In this document: one piece after another, positions 21,101 to 29,736 of the stretch
How positions within the stretch are numbered: position 1 is the first letter of the stretch
How the letters are laid out: every line of letters begins with the position of its first letter
Assembly: GCA_020845775.1 (NCBI GenBank)
Contig: JADLFC010000116.1
Span: 7,710-71,709 of the forward strand
DNA length: 64,000 bases
Reading direction: 5' to 3'
DNA from: Deltaproteobacteria bacterium
Lineage (GTDB): Bacteria > Bdellovibrionota_C > UBA2361 > SZUA-149 > JADLFC01
The notes under the pieces: generated by a model
What the model was told of the DNA's origin: nothing
Database searches by the model: none
What the model saw: only the letters and a program-made list of their open reading frames with translations
Translations under genes and position numbers: made by a program

Positions 21101-21844
21101 CTCAGCTTCCTTTTTGCTTGGCCCATCTCCAACTAGCAGAAACCGAGCATGTGAATTTGTAAGACAAAACTTCTTTAGCGCTTCAACCAAGAATACTAAA
21201 TTTTTTTCCGGCGCTAATCTTCCAACATGGCCGACAACAAACGCATCAAGCGGTATTAAACGCCCCGCACGAAATCTTTTGCCATCGCCAGCCGCAAATC
21301 TCTCCACATCAACCCCAGTCGGAACGACTGCGATCGGAACTATCACACCGCGACTCAACAAAATCGCTTTGATGCTCTCGCTAGGCACGATGACCTGGTT
21401 GCAGAGATTTGCATATCCAGTAGCTAACTGAATTACAAACTCCTTCATCTCCGGGGAGTCCCCTGGAATATAATGGGTGTAGTGCTCGTACATGGTGTGA
21501 TGAGTAAACACCACCGGCACCCTGTGAACGGCAGCTATCCGAAGAGCTGTGTCTCCCAAAAGAAAGGGATGATGCGAGTGAATAATGTCTGGCTCGAATT
21601 CACTCACTGCGGCATACAGCGATGCGGAAATGGGTAACTTTACTGAGAAATCACTTCCATTAAAATTCTGAATGGCAGGAATGCGAATTACATCCTTCTC
21701 CTCAGCTGGAAGATTTGGAAATTCGGGAGCTAATATCAGCACCCTATGGCCCAGGCGCCGGTAGGAGTCCGCAAATTGGCTCACCGATCTTGCCACCCCA
21801 CCGACGTGTGGCAAATAAGTATTTGTAAGCATCAATATATTCAT
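18122..21844 (-). CDS. 1240-aa tri-domain fusion: N-terminal GT4 glycosyltransferase, central alkaline-phosphatase-superfamily (nucleotide pyrophosphatase/phosphodiesterase-like) core, C-terminal endonuclease/exonuclease/phosphatase (EEP) domain
   Basis: GT4 motifs LTNTYLPHVGGVARSV and ETQGMVITEAMAAGVPVV; AlkP/NPP-like motifs IMIQIDGLSRPNF, YSGLPSSTPSVQGELFYN and VWIYSDHGQ; EEP motifs MTYNVHSC, IALQEIDVG, VVCGDFNATPRS and SDHLPV. Confidence 0.7.
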   Translation of the reverse strand: MNILMLTNTYLPHVGGVARSVSQFADSYRRLGHRVLILAPEFPNLPAEEKDVIRIPAIQNFNGSDFSVKLPISASLYAAVSEFEPDIIHSHHPFLLGDTALRIAAVHRVPVVFTHHTMYEHYTHYIPGDSPEMKEFVIQLATGYANLCNQVIVPSESIKAILLSRGVIVPIAVVPTGVDVERFAAGDGKRFRAGRLIPLDAFVVGHVGRLAPEKNLVFLVEALKKFCLTNSHARFLLVGDGPSKKEAEAIFNRARLGDRLYSVGSLEGQDLVDSYHAMDVFVFSSLSETQGMVITEAMAAGVPVVALDAPGVREIVRTGENGFLLGGQDRQAFCSAIERIGASNVDNRLSLSVGARATAQSLSIERCAARVLDVYEKLLTEGPKIEDIDNSAWSEAQRRIEVEYELLETTLKAFRHAFFFATLSRLRWVRKIVRQIRKLRILFSRGELMVKLLGLWCATNADSKPGLIMIQIDGLSRPNFEKACDAGKLRFLRRLVRKQGYELRSIYSGLPSSTPSVQGELFYNQKMGVVGFEFFDRELGRIFKMSDPVSAEIVEKRLREAGDGLLKGGSSSSNIYSGGAAEARFCPAAFGWGSVFELVNPWKLLGVAIWHGVTVIRCLALMFIEAVLAVVDCVNGLIAGRDLFKEIVFVPTRVAICILLREMVTAGAVMDAFRGLPVIHVNFLGYDEQAHRRGPSSQFAYWTLKGIDASIKRIWRAARLSPRRDYEVWIYSDHGQEDTVSYLEEEGRSIEEAVKKLCEDVVSSKETSSNAVGRYRDSVLFGRASWIGGRWLQKLLRKPKWDFSAVEGEKVVVTALGPLGNIYCKQRLSLVEKKAMSQRLVREAHVPLVMFVVGDKVLAINQAGEYELPRDGSVVFGEQHPFLSDVLEDIVEYCNHREAGDLVISGWRLGAKTVSFPIESGSHAGPGPEETHAFGIFPRGIDIGEEGRAHLKFSDLYKEAYRYLHGVPVDEATSDVWRVRKRNNRVIRVMTYNVHSCVGMDGKLSPARIAKVIERFSPDIIALQEIDVGRARSEHLDQARAIANELEMVFHFSPAMHVKEERYGDAILSRYAMSLQKAGVLPRQVKRADVEPRGALWVEVDVGNGVKLQVINTHMGLERKERELQAESLLGKGWVKNPKCIGPIVVCGDFNATPRSKVCRMFKEVLVDAHSGEEDSSSLERYPLSVGNGSNTWHVQWPVCRIDHIFVSEGIKVIDSFVPHNELTRIASDHLPVIVDIELV

Positions 21845-21847
21845 CTA

Positions 21848-24133
21848 TCAGTTGATGTTACTTACGCTTAACTCTACACCGTTTGAACTACCTAAAAGTG
21901 TTATTGGTTCCTCGCCAGCAATGCAAACAATTATCTCGTTCGGCTCAGTCTGCCACTTCGCTTTCCAGGACACTCTAAGAGACATGCCTGCATTTATCAC
22001 ACGAACCTCAATTGTTCCAAACTTAGTCTGCGTCGGACCAAAAAACAACTCTCCTTCGGATAGAAGCCACTTCCTTGGCAAACCGCTACATAGTATAAGG
22101 CGGTCGCCTTCCTCGCGCACAAAACAGTTTTTCAGCATCAGTATCCATTCCGCCGCCGCCCATGCATGCTGCCCATCACCCATACATCCGCCCAAAGTTC
22201 TCGGATGTATTGCCTCTGGCCATTGTCCCGTCGGTGACGCCAAACGCGCAACATTCTCGACTAGCTCAAAAAAGCGACTATCTCCGGCCCTCAGCAACAC
22301 TTGCGCCACGTGAAGTGTTAGATACGCATTTAGGCCAGAGTGAATCATGTCTTGAAAAAAAGCCCCTCGAACAAAGCTCCTTTCCATTAAGCTATTTGCC
22401 GTTGCGAGTAACCGACTATCTTTTGCTGGCCAAAGTTCCAGGGGGTATCCAACTACTATTGAACCTATAGCGCCAGCATCCATTCGCCTGTGTGGCGATG
22501 CTGGAATGCCACTCTGCTGAGGATCGACTTTAAGCCAGCGGAAGCTCTCTTCTATGGCCTCCATCAGCAAATCTGCCTCAGCTCTCGTAGCCATTGACAG
22601 CTTGTCCATACCAACACTTTCAAGCATCACAGACGAACGGCGCAAACCTGCAACTGACCAAAAATTATCCCAATAGTAATAATCATTGGGGCCCAAATGT
22701 TCCGCACTGAATCCAGCCGGCAACAGCCCTGCATGTGGCACATTTTTTAACCTCCTTAAGCGTTTTCGCTCGATCCAGCGTGCCCCCTGTGCAATCGAAT
22801 CGACCCAATTGCCATTCAATGGATGTTTGGACAGCTCCAAATATCTATGCATTATCCATAGCACCTGGCCATTTGAATCCCACTCACCCGCCTGCGATAC
22901 AAAATACCCATCCCTGCTCTGTCTGGCCGGAAACGAATCTATTACGCGCCGCGCTTCGTCCAGCAATCCTATTGCCATCATGGCGTTAAGAATGAAAACA
23001 GCATCTCGAAACCAAAACCTCCTATATGTATAGGGGCCAGGATATACATCCCCGGGGGCATGGAGAATAAGAGTCCTCACCGCGCAATCGTAGAGATAGT
23101 TAAACAACTCATCGGGAACACTCATTCCCGCACAGCGGTTTAATCTTTCCTCCCATAAGGCATCCTCAACTTTAGCAAGACCTCCATTGGCCTTTGACAA
23201 ACTCATTCTCGCGGGTTCAAGCGGAACCATTACATTCACGGTGCGTAACTTCGATTCCTCTAACGAAAATAGCGCCGCTCCAGTAGCCATACCAACCTCG
23301 CACTTAATGGAATCTTTAGTATCGCTACCTGAACGCTTATCATGCAGACGATAGTACACATCTCCGGCTAAATAATCGGACAATAGATAGCTATCCGGCC
23401 TAGTGTCAAAAACCACTTTTCCATCACCGTTAATGAGCCACTCCTGCAAATCTTCACGCAATAAAATATCGTGGACAAAACTTATTCCCTCGGGATTATA
23501 TGGACGCACCGAGATAACTAGATTAGCAGAAGTGTCGCTAAGTGCGCGAATCTCCATGACACAATGCGTAACTTCCTGGATGACCATTACATTTACAAGC
23601 ACATCCAACCTAAGCCCATCTAATGAACTAGAGGTAGTTACAGCAACACCTCCTGAAATAAGTAGCTTTTGATTGACCTGCTCAAGTCTCGAAGGGATTA
23701 GCTCCGAACCATTATCAGCAATTACCCATGCGTCAATCGTCCAACTATCCCAAAATGGCATGACTAAACCCCGCGGGTCTATGACCGGAAGTTCCAAACC
23801 ATTTGGCAAGCCAACGGCCGTCCAATTGCGATGGCTCAGATTTACATGTGTAATCGAAAAGGCTCTGGGTATAAACGACTCGTCATGCGGATCGAACTGT
23901 CGCTCCACCCAGTAGGGCCATACCCAATCGAGATTGTGCTGAATTACTTTGGTGTTTATTAAGCCGCGAGCATGAAACACAACTCCAGCTCGCAATAATT
24001 CGAGAGGTTCAGCAACCTCAGACGGCTGCTGAAACCTGTGCAATTGGCCTAATACTGCAATCGGATCGATAAAACCACGAGCACGAGCTATCCTCTTAAC
24101 CACATATCGCCATGGTAACCATTTTAGCCACAT
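21848..24133 (-). CDS. (alpha/alpha)6-barrel glycoside hydrolase, GH63/GH15-like (glucosidase or glycosylglycerate-hydrolase-like)
   Basis: 761 aa; an N-terminal beta-rich region precedes a C-terminal six-hairpin region with GYFVSQAGEWDSNGQVLW and DYYYWDNFWSVAGL; 3-bp gap to the fusion gene downstream. Confidence 0.5.
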   Translation of the reverse strand: MWLKWLPWRYVVKRIARARGFIDPIAVLGQLHRFQQPSEVAEPLELLRAGVVFHARGLINTKVIQHNLDWVWPYWVERQFDPHDESFIPRAFSITHVNLSHRNWTAVGLPNGLELPVIDPRGLVMPFWDSWTIDAWVIADNGSELIPSRLEQVNQKLLISGGVAVTTSSSLDGLRLDVLVNVMVIQEVTHCVMEIRALSDTSANLVISVRPYNPEGISFVHDILLREDLQEWLINGDGKVVFDTRPDSYLLSDYLAGDVYYRLHDKRSGSDTKDSIKCEVGMATGAALFSLEESKLRTVNVMVPLEPARMSLSKANGGLAKVEDALWEERLNRCAGMSVPDELFNYLYDCAVRTLILHAPGDVYPGPYTYRRFWFRDAVFILNAMMAIGLLDEARRVIDSFPARQSRDGYFVSQAGEWDSNGQVLWIMHRYLELSKHPLNGNWVDSIAQGARWIERKRLRRLKNVPHAGLLPAGFSAEHLGPNDYYYWDNFWSVAGLRRSSVMLESVGMDKLSMATRAEADLLMEAIEESFRWLKVDPQQSGIPASPHRRMDAGAIGSIVVGYPLELWPAKDSRLLATANSLMERSFVRGAFFQDMIHSGLNAYLTLHVAQVLLRAGDSRFFELVENVARLASPTGQWPEAIHPRTLGGCMGDGQHAWAAAEWILMLKNCFVREEGDRLILCSGLPRKWLLSEGELFFGPTQTKFGTIEVRVINAGMSLRVSWKAKWQTEPNEIIVCIAGEEPITLLGSSNGVELSVSNIN

Positions 24134-24198
24134 ATCTTTATAATAATTTTTTTAGACTAACGTTTGCCGAGCAAGAAAAACCACTTAGCGCCTAGGCA

Positions 24199-24323
24199 TA
24201 TACCGTTTCCAAAAAGTAAAATATTTAACTTACTTTTTGGAAACGGTATATGTTGTTTATTGGCAAGTGCTTACGCACTTGCTGTTTATACCATTTACAA
24301 AAATCCTTTTTGTAAATGGTATA
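24199..24323. repeat. Composite triple-hairpin intergenic repeat, copy 3, in inverted orientation relative to copies 1 and 2
   Basis: Reverse complement of the 1537-1661 element: hairpin C comes first (24199-24250), then the central GCAAGTGCTTACGCACTTGC hairpin, then hairpin A (24287-24323). Confidence 0.85.
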
Positions 24324-24559
24324 AATACTAAACAATATCAAAGACTTCGACCACTGCCAATATTGACCATTGCCCTCTGCGCTCCTCACGCAAACTGCAT
24401 ATATATCAAGTAAATAGTGCTCTATGTCGAAACAGAGATAAGGGATACGAGTTTTGCACAAAAATCCAAACTCTAAAACGCGAGGCAATAGAGTCGAACG
24501 CCAAAAGCAGATACCACTGAGTAGCACTGTATTTATAGAAGAAGATAATATTAAGTCAC

Positions 24560-26122
24560 ATGTTTCCGTTTGAGGAATATATAGGGAAAATAATAGGTCT
24601 GTCGCCTGACTGCATCATACTCGTCTCGCTAGACGGCGTCATATTATATGCAAATCCAGCTGCATACAAACTACTAGAATACGATGCAAACGAGCTACAA
24701 GGAAGACATTTTACAGATGTCGCTCCATTAGAGCTCTTCCAAGGAACAAGCCTTGCGCACCTAATAGAAAAGGGCTCGGTGAACGGCCTATTTACTAACT
24801 ATCTTTCAAATGCTGGCAAAAAAATACCGGTTTCCCTAACCGGCGCGCCCATTATTGATGAGACAGGCAGCCTTGTAGCTCTTATTCTATACGCTAGAAA
24901 TATTCGCGAAATACAAGACATTCTGACGGCATTAGATGTATCTCGCTCTCTTAATGACAGCGTTGTAAACTCAGTTCCAACATCGCTAGTTGCACTCGAT
25001 GACAAGATGCAGGTTCTCTTTCACAACCCGAGTTTCTTTAATCTCGTAAAAGGCGTAAATCTTAAAGGCAGGAGTTTTCAAAGCATATTTTCATCGCTTC
25101 AACTCCTCTACGCACTTACAAATAGTATTGCCGAATCCAAGGAAATTCGCAGCATTGAGCTTACACACCCGACGATTTGCGGAGAAGCCACCAACCTAAT
25201 CTTAAGCGTATCTATCGTGCCCTTTCGCATCGACAAGGAAAAACGACATGACCCATTGTCATCTATGGCACGGCTGGAAATGAACATTCAGACACTGGTA
25301 GTAATCGACGACATTACTGAACAAAAACGAGCCTCTGAGCTTGAAGATCAGAGAAAGACGCTACAAAAAACGCTTTCATCGCTAGAGAAAATATTCGGAG
25401 TAGTTGGCCACGAACTGCGCACGCCCTTGGCAGGCATACGTGCAGCGAGCGAATATTTGATAATGATTCAGGATCAATTTAGCTCGGAAGCCCTTCCCTT
25501 CGTAAGATCGATACACAAAGAGATTCTAAACATGGGGCAGGTAGTAAACGATCTGCTCGAAGTTGCTCGACTAAACAGCGGAACAGCAAAGTGGACTTGG
25601 GGCGAAGTTCGTTTAGCAGAAATTTGCGAGAAAGCCATATGCGCTATTGGCGCGTTAGTCGACGAAGACAAAGTGAAGTTGATACTCGATATTAAGGATC
25701 CTGCCCTAACAATGTCTGGCGATGAAAACGCCTTATACAGACTTTTGATTAATCTATTAAACAATGCCCACAAGCACACTTCCTCTGGATCTATTACTAT
25801 AAGCCTCAACAGCGCCTGCGAGGAGCGCGCCAGCTGGATAATTCTAAGGATCGCCGATACTGGATGTGGAATATCGCCTGTCATCGCAGACAAACTAGGA
25901 GAAGAGTTTGCGCTAAACTCCGGCGTAGTTGGAGACAACTACATTAGGGGAAGTGGACTTGGACTCTCAATCTGCAAGGGAATAGCCTCTACGCATGGTG
26001 GCAAGATATTTGCAAAATCCGCAGTCGGCGCAGGTACCGAGATAACTATTTACCTGCGACAGGACTTAGCTGAACCGCTGAGTAACAAAGAAAAGACGGA
26101 CAAGCTGGAGATGTCACTATAA
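24560..26122 (+). CDS. Cytoplasmic sensor histidine kinase with PAS domain(s)
   Basis: HisKA H-box VVGHELRTPLAGI; HATPase N/G boxes LLNNAHKHT, IADTGCGI and GSGLGLSICKGIASTHGG; no transmembrane segments. Confidence 0.85.
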   Translation: MFPFEEYIGKIIGLSPDCIILVSLDGVILYANPAAYKLLEYDANELQGRHFTDVAPLELFQGTSLAHLIEKGSVNGLFTNYLSNAGKKIPVSLTGAPIIDETGSLVALILYARNIREIQDILTALDVSRSLNDSVVNSVPTSLVALDDKMQVLFHNPSFFNLVKGVNLKGRSFQSIFSSLQLLYALTNSIAESKEIRSIELTHPTICGEATNLILSVSIVPFRIDKEKRHDPLSSMARLEMNIQTLVVIDDITEQKRASELEDQRKTLQKTLSSLEKIFGVVGHELRTPLAGIRAASEYLIMIQDQFSSEALPFVRSIHKEILNMGQVVNDLLEVARLNSGTAKWTWGEVRLAEICEKAICAIGALVDEDKVKLILDIKDPALTMSGDENALYRLLINLLNNAHKHTSSGSITISLNSACEERASWIILRIADTGCGISPVIADKLGEEFALNSGVVGDNYIRGSGLGLSICKGIASTHGGKIFAKSAVGAGTEITIYLRQDLAEPLSNKEKTDKLEMSL

Positions 26123-26493
26123 TGCATAAAATAATGGTCGTAGACGACATGGACATATTTTTAAAACCAATTGCGGCCACGCTCAAACGCGAGGGCTTTA
26201 GCGTATCCTGTGCAACAAATGGAAGGGTTGCGCTGGAACAAATGCTGCAAGATGTGCCTGATTTAATACTCCTAGACATTTCCATGCCAGAAATGGATGG
26301 ATTTACTTTCCTGGAAACAATTCGCGCTAACCCCACATACCAGCAAATTCCAGTAATCCTGCTAACTGCGATAAATGAAACTAACTACGTAAAAAGAGCC
26401 GAAGAATTAAACGCCCAAGAATACCTTGTAAAATCTTACTTCTCCCTCGACGAAATGCTAGAAAAAATCCACAAATATCTCTCGGCTCTCTAG
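26122..26493 (+). CDS. Single-domain CheY-like response regulator
   Basis: Motifs VVDDMD, ILLDISMPEMDG and LLTA...V..A; start overlaps the kinase stop (ATAATG). Confidence 0.85.
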   Translation: MHKIMVVDDMDIFLKPIAATLKREGFSVSCATNGRVALEQMLQDVPDLILLDISMPEMDGFTFLETIRANPTYQQIPVILLTAINETNYVKRAEELNAQEYLVKSYFSLDEMLEKIHKYLSAL

Positions 26494-26548
26494 CATCGAA
26501 CATCCCCAACCTCCAACTCAAAATGCATCTTGCCAAATGTCCCATGGA

Positions 26549-26836
26549 TTAAATAACTCTTTCTATGTCCCGGGCACCATGGATGACCCTAGCAATTTCA
26601 ACCGCGCCATCAGCATATCGATAAAAGACGACATAAGCGTTAACGGCAAAACTTCTTATGCCCGCAGCAATTTCCGGGCGCTCCCGCCCAATTAGCGGTT
26701 GAGATGCCAATAGTGTGAACTTATCAAGCAGTCGACTGATTACGCTATCAGCCGCATCGATACTGTCTTGTGCAATATAGAACCAGATTTCGTCAAGGTC
26801 GCTACGTGCGTGCTTAGCGATTACGAGCTTCGTCAT
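26549..26836 (-). CDS. parE: Type II toxin ParE (RelE/ParE superfamily)
   Basis: 95 aa; ParE-like pattern A..DL.EIW.YIA.DS...A; C-terminal VVFYRY...VEIARVIHGARD. Confidence 0.8.
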   Translation of the reverse strand: MTKLVIAKHARSDLDEIWFYIAQDSIDAADSVISRLLDKFTLLASQPLIGRERPEIAAGIRSFAVNAYVVFYRYADGAVEIARVIHGARDIERVI

Positions 26837-27126
26837 TTTGCTTGATTTTTTCTCAGCACCAATTGTTTACGGCCATCGGCCTTAATTTTTGCAAAAAGCT
26901 CCTTCAGCGACTCCTCGTCGTACTCTTCGCCCTCTCCATTGTCCAAAGACTCGAGACCAACTGCCACTTCATGACGAAGATCGCGCAAACGAATTTGTTT
27001 CAACTCGTCCTGCTCCTTTAGAAGGCGCAACCCCTCTCTGATTACCTCGCTAACGGAGTGGTACATGCCGCTCTCCAGCTTCTTGCTGATAAAGTCCCGT
27101 AGTTCAGGAGTTAGAGATATATTCAT
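26833..27126 (-). CDS. parD: Type II antitoxin ParD (ribbon-helix-helix)
   Basis: MNISLTPELRDFISKKLESGMYHSVSEVIREGLRLL matches the ParD RHH N-terminus; 4-nt ATGA overlap with parE. Confidence 0.8.
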   Translation of the reverse strand: MNISLTPELRDFISKKLESGMYHSVSEVIREGLRLLKEQDELKQIRLRDLRHEVAVGLESLDNGEGEEYDEESLKELFAKIKADGRKQLVLRKNQAK

Positions 27127-27182
27127 AGTAGCGCCCTCGTATTTGCACGTTACAATAGATAATATAGCATAAATTGCTAGAA

Positions 27183-27201
27183 AATAGCAATATTTGCTAT
27201 T
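27183..27201 (-). promoter_or_regulatory. Palindromic putative ParD operator AATAGCAA-TAT-TTGCTATT
   Basis: Perfect 8-bp inverted arms with a 3-nt spacer, 57-75 bp upstream of the parD start, within a region of -10-like TAnAAT motifs. Confidence 0.4.
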
Positions 27202-27366
27202 AGGCCTCCCAGGGCTTCCTTACTCAAAGTTCCACCAAGTTATAACTAGGATCCAGTTTTTTTTATCCGAATGCCGCAAAAGTAGTTTTTTTGTTTTTTG
27301 TGACCTCTGCTAGTAGTTGATTGTTGTTGGCAAGAGTGAACACGAATCGGATAACGACAAAAATAA

Positions 27367-28008
27367 TTATTCCCGATGTACGCTCTTTAGGCTTATTCTC
27401 GCCTCGTCGATGTGCCCAGTTATGAGTGACGCATAGTACTGCGGGTTTGCTAGGCCTTCTATCTTGATTTCCGAGTGATCGCGCACAGCTGTACCTATGC
27501 ACAAAGTTCCAATCTTAAGAATGCGCGCGAGCAAAGTCTGCTCGACAGAAACTCGCACCATATCCTCGTACGCGATGCGATATTCTATTTTTCTCAACGA
27601 ACATAGACCAGAAGCAACGCGCAGATGATGACAGGCAAGTTCGGCAAACTCGTCGTAAATTAGGAAAAACGGTCGTGCAAGCAATATGGGCGGCACAATG
27701 CCAAGTAACGGCATCTCAACTAAGTAAGCGTTGCCAAGAATGTCGATATCAAAAGCGAGATCTAACCCAGGCATGCTCTGCGATAAAACTATCGCGAAGA
27801 AACAACATATAAGGTACGCGACAATCCAAACTGTCTGAGACCTCCAGTGGCGATTCAAAAATACGTGCTTATGCGAATCCGGGCATTTATCAATGCGTTT
27901 ATCGCCCTCCGGCTCTTTAGGCTCAATTGGCCTACCCAGCTCATCAATACTGGCATGTTCACGAGAATAATCATCTTTAGCATTATTATCGCGATCTGAA
28001 GCTGACAT
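27367..28008 (-). CDS. Membrane protein with a bacterial PH domain (bPH_2/DUF304, YdbS/YdbT-like)
   Basis: Two transmembrane helices followed by a PH-like region LRKIEYRIAYEDMVRVSVEQTLLARILKIGTLCIGT. Confidence 0.5.
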   Translation of the reverse strand: MSASDRDNNAKDDYSREHASIDELGRPIEPKEPEGDKRIDKCPDSHKHVFLNRHWRSQTVWIVAYLICCFFAIVLSQSMPGLDLAFDIDILGNAYLVEMPLLGIVPPILLARPFFLIYDEFAELACHHLRVASGLCSLRKIEYRIAYEDMVRVSVEQTLLARILKIGTLCIGTAVRDHSEIKIEGLANPQYYASLITGHIDEARISLKSVHRE

Positions 28009-28020
28009 AATTTTTTATCC

Positions 28021-29736
28021 TTATGTGTCTTTCAATGCACTCAAGACTCTTCCGAACTGACTTTCTAAACTCGCCTCAGTATCAACCTCAACGACAACAA
28101 GCCCCTCATTCGAATCGAGTGGCTCAAACGACTCTATGTGTTTGTCCAATAACTCCACTCTACCATCTGACAACGAGCGACTGTCTGTTTCTCGCATTTT
28201 AAGCCTATCCCGTAATTTATCATAGTCAAGGGAACAATTGGCAATTAATCCGGGGACTTGGTATTTTCGCGCTAGTTCCCTAAGATCTTTTCGATATCGC
28301 TTTTGCGAAAAGGCCGCATCTAAAACCACAGGGTTGCCATAAAACAAACATCTCTCAGCGCACTTAAATATTGCTTTATATGTAGCCTCAGTGGCACTCT
28401 CACTATATTTGCCAGACCTAAAAGGCAGTGATTTATCGTCTAGCGCCGGTGGAAACAACTCCTTTCTTACTTTGTCGCTTGCAAGCACTTGCGCTCCAGA
28501 CATTGCGCCAATGTAATTAGCTAAAGTGGATTTACCTACACCCATTACCCCTGCAGTCGCTATCAGAAATGGCCTGCGAATCTCCAATACATACCTAGAT
28601 GCCAAAGCTAAATATCTCTCCGCTCTAGCCAGGCAGTTCTTAGCTTCAAAGGCAAGGCAATCTGATAGATTACTCGCTGCACCATTCACAACTTGAATGT
28701 ATTTTAAAATCTCGACTTTGGCGCGCACCATCGCTCTATAGACTGAATAAAAAGTAAAAAGCGATAATTCACAATCTCTTCCAAAATATCTCTTGTAACG
28801 ATTGAGAAATTCAACAGCCACATCCGAACGCTGCAAAAAATCCAGATCCATGCACAAGAAAGCTATATCGCTTAAAACATCCACCATCCTCAGCGATTCG
28901 CTAAACTCTATGCAATCTATTATATTAACACTACCAGCCCTAAACGATATGTGTTCAGTCCTCAAATCTCCATGGCCATCTACAACGTAACCAAGGCGAT
29001 CGCGCTTTGCAAACTTCTCCTCTGCACTCGAAGCTCCTAAAAAAGAATCAGCATAAGTCTTTACTCGCTCAAGCGCCCCTTTGGCGCCAGTAGATAATAA
29101 CTGTTTAGAGTTTTCTGCCTCCAATGATTTAATATTATCGCAAGACTCTTTCGATATTATATCTATAGTAGCTCTTCCAAAGACGCGAACGACTTCTCTT
29201 TTCTTGCTCATCTCTAAACGGTGAAACGATGCTAGCTTCTTTGCAAGTGGGTCTATATGCAAATCGATGGATAATCTATCGCCTCTGATAATCTCACTTA
29301 ACATAGAATCCATAGCGAGCGTACGCATGACTACGGCAACTTCCAACAAACCAGCGGGTGTCGAATCAGAAACGTCAGTCGTAACTACGTCCGTTTCGCT
29401 GAACTCTTTATTGATCGCTAAAATGGGCCAAAGCCCAAGATATACTCCATCGCTTAATCTGCGATTTAAAGCTACTTCGTTACATGCTGCTTGCCAGCGT
29501 TTTTTTAGTGTCGAATAATCGAGAAAATCTAGCAGTATGGGCTTTTTAAACTTGAGGACAAGCTCGCGACCGATAATAACCACCGAGATGTGAGTTTCAA
29601 CTATGCGATGGTCGCAAAAACTAGCCCCAAGAAAGTTCGGATAACCTATACCTCGCAAAAAGCTATCCGCTAGCCCTGACAAGTCAGTCTGTCGCATCTG
29701 GCAACGTATCCGGCATGACGAGTTCGGCTGCCCCAA
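28021..29736 (-). CDS. Bifunctional phosphotransferase (APH/kinase-like fold) and P-loop kinase (AAA_33-like) protein
   Basis: N-terminal ETHIS.V..G..V.KFKKP..LDFLDYSTL family signature; catalytic GHGDLRTEHISF; C-terminal Walker A IATAGVMGVGKSTLANYI. Confidence 0.65.
   Translation of the reverse strand: MGQPNSSCRIRCQMRQTDLSGLADSFLRGIGYPNFLGASFCDHRIVETHISVVIIGRELVLKFKKPILLDFLDYSTLKKRWQAACNEVALNRRLSDGVYLGLWPILAINKEFSETDVVTTDVSDSTPAGLLEVAVVMRTLAMDSMLSEIIRGDRLSIDLHIDPLAKKLASFHRLEMSKKREVVRVFGRATIDIISKESCDNIKSLEAENSKQLLSTGAKGALERVKTYADSFLGASSAEEKFAKRDRLGYVVDGHGDLRTEHISFRAGSVNIIDCIEFSESLRMVDVLSDIAFLCMDLDFLQRSDVAVEFLNRYKRYFGRDCELSLFTFYSVYRAMVRAKVEILKYIQVVNGAASNLSDCLAFEAKNCLARAERYLALASRYVLEIRRPFLIATAGVMGVGKSTLANYIGAMSGAQVLASDKVRKELFPPALDDKSLPFRSGKYSESATEATYKAIFKCAERCLFYGNPVVLDAAFSQKRYRKDLRELARKYQVPGLIANCSLDYDKLRDRLKMRETDSRSLSDGRVELLDKHIESFEPLDSNEGLVVVEVDTEASLESQFGRVLSALKDT

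Noticed and set aside
19161-21431. Multiple plus-strand ORFs of 65-133 aa inside the 1240-aa fusion gene and the glycoside hydrolase gene (for example 19263-19622, 19872-20273, 20682-21020, 21114-21431, 21852-22313)
   Set aside because: They are antisense to long ORFs with strong domain support, their products are Ser/Thr/Pro-rich low complexity, and they lack operon logic.
24225-24527. 100-aa minus-strand ORF upstream of the histidine kinase
   Set aside because: It is a translation of repeat copy 3, and the shared peptide strings with ORF 1397-1780 come from the repeat.
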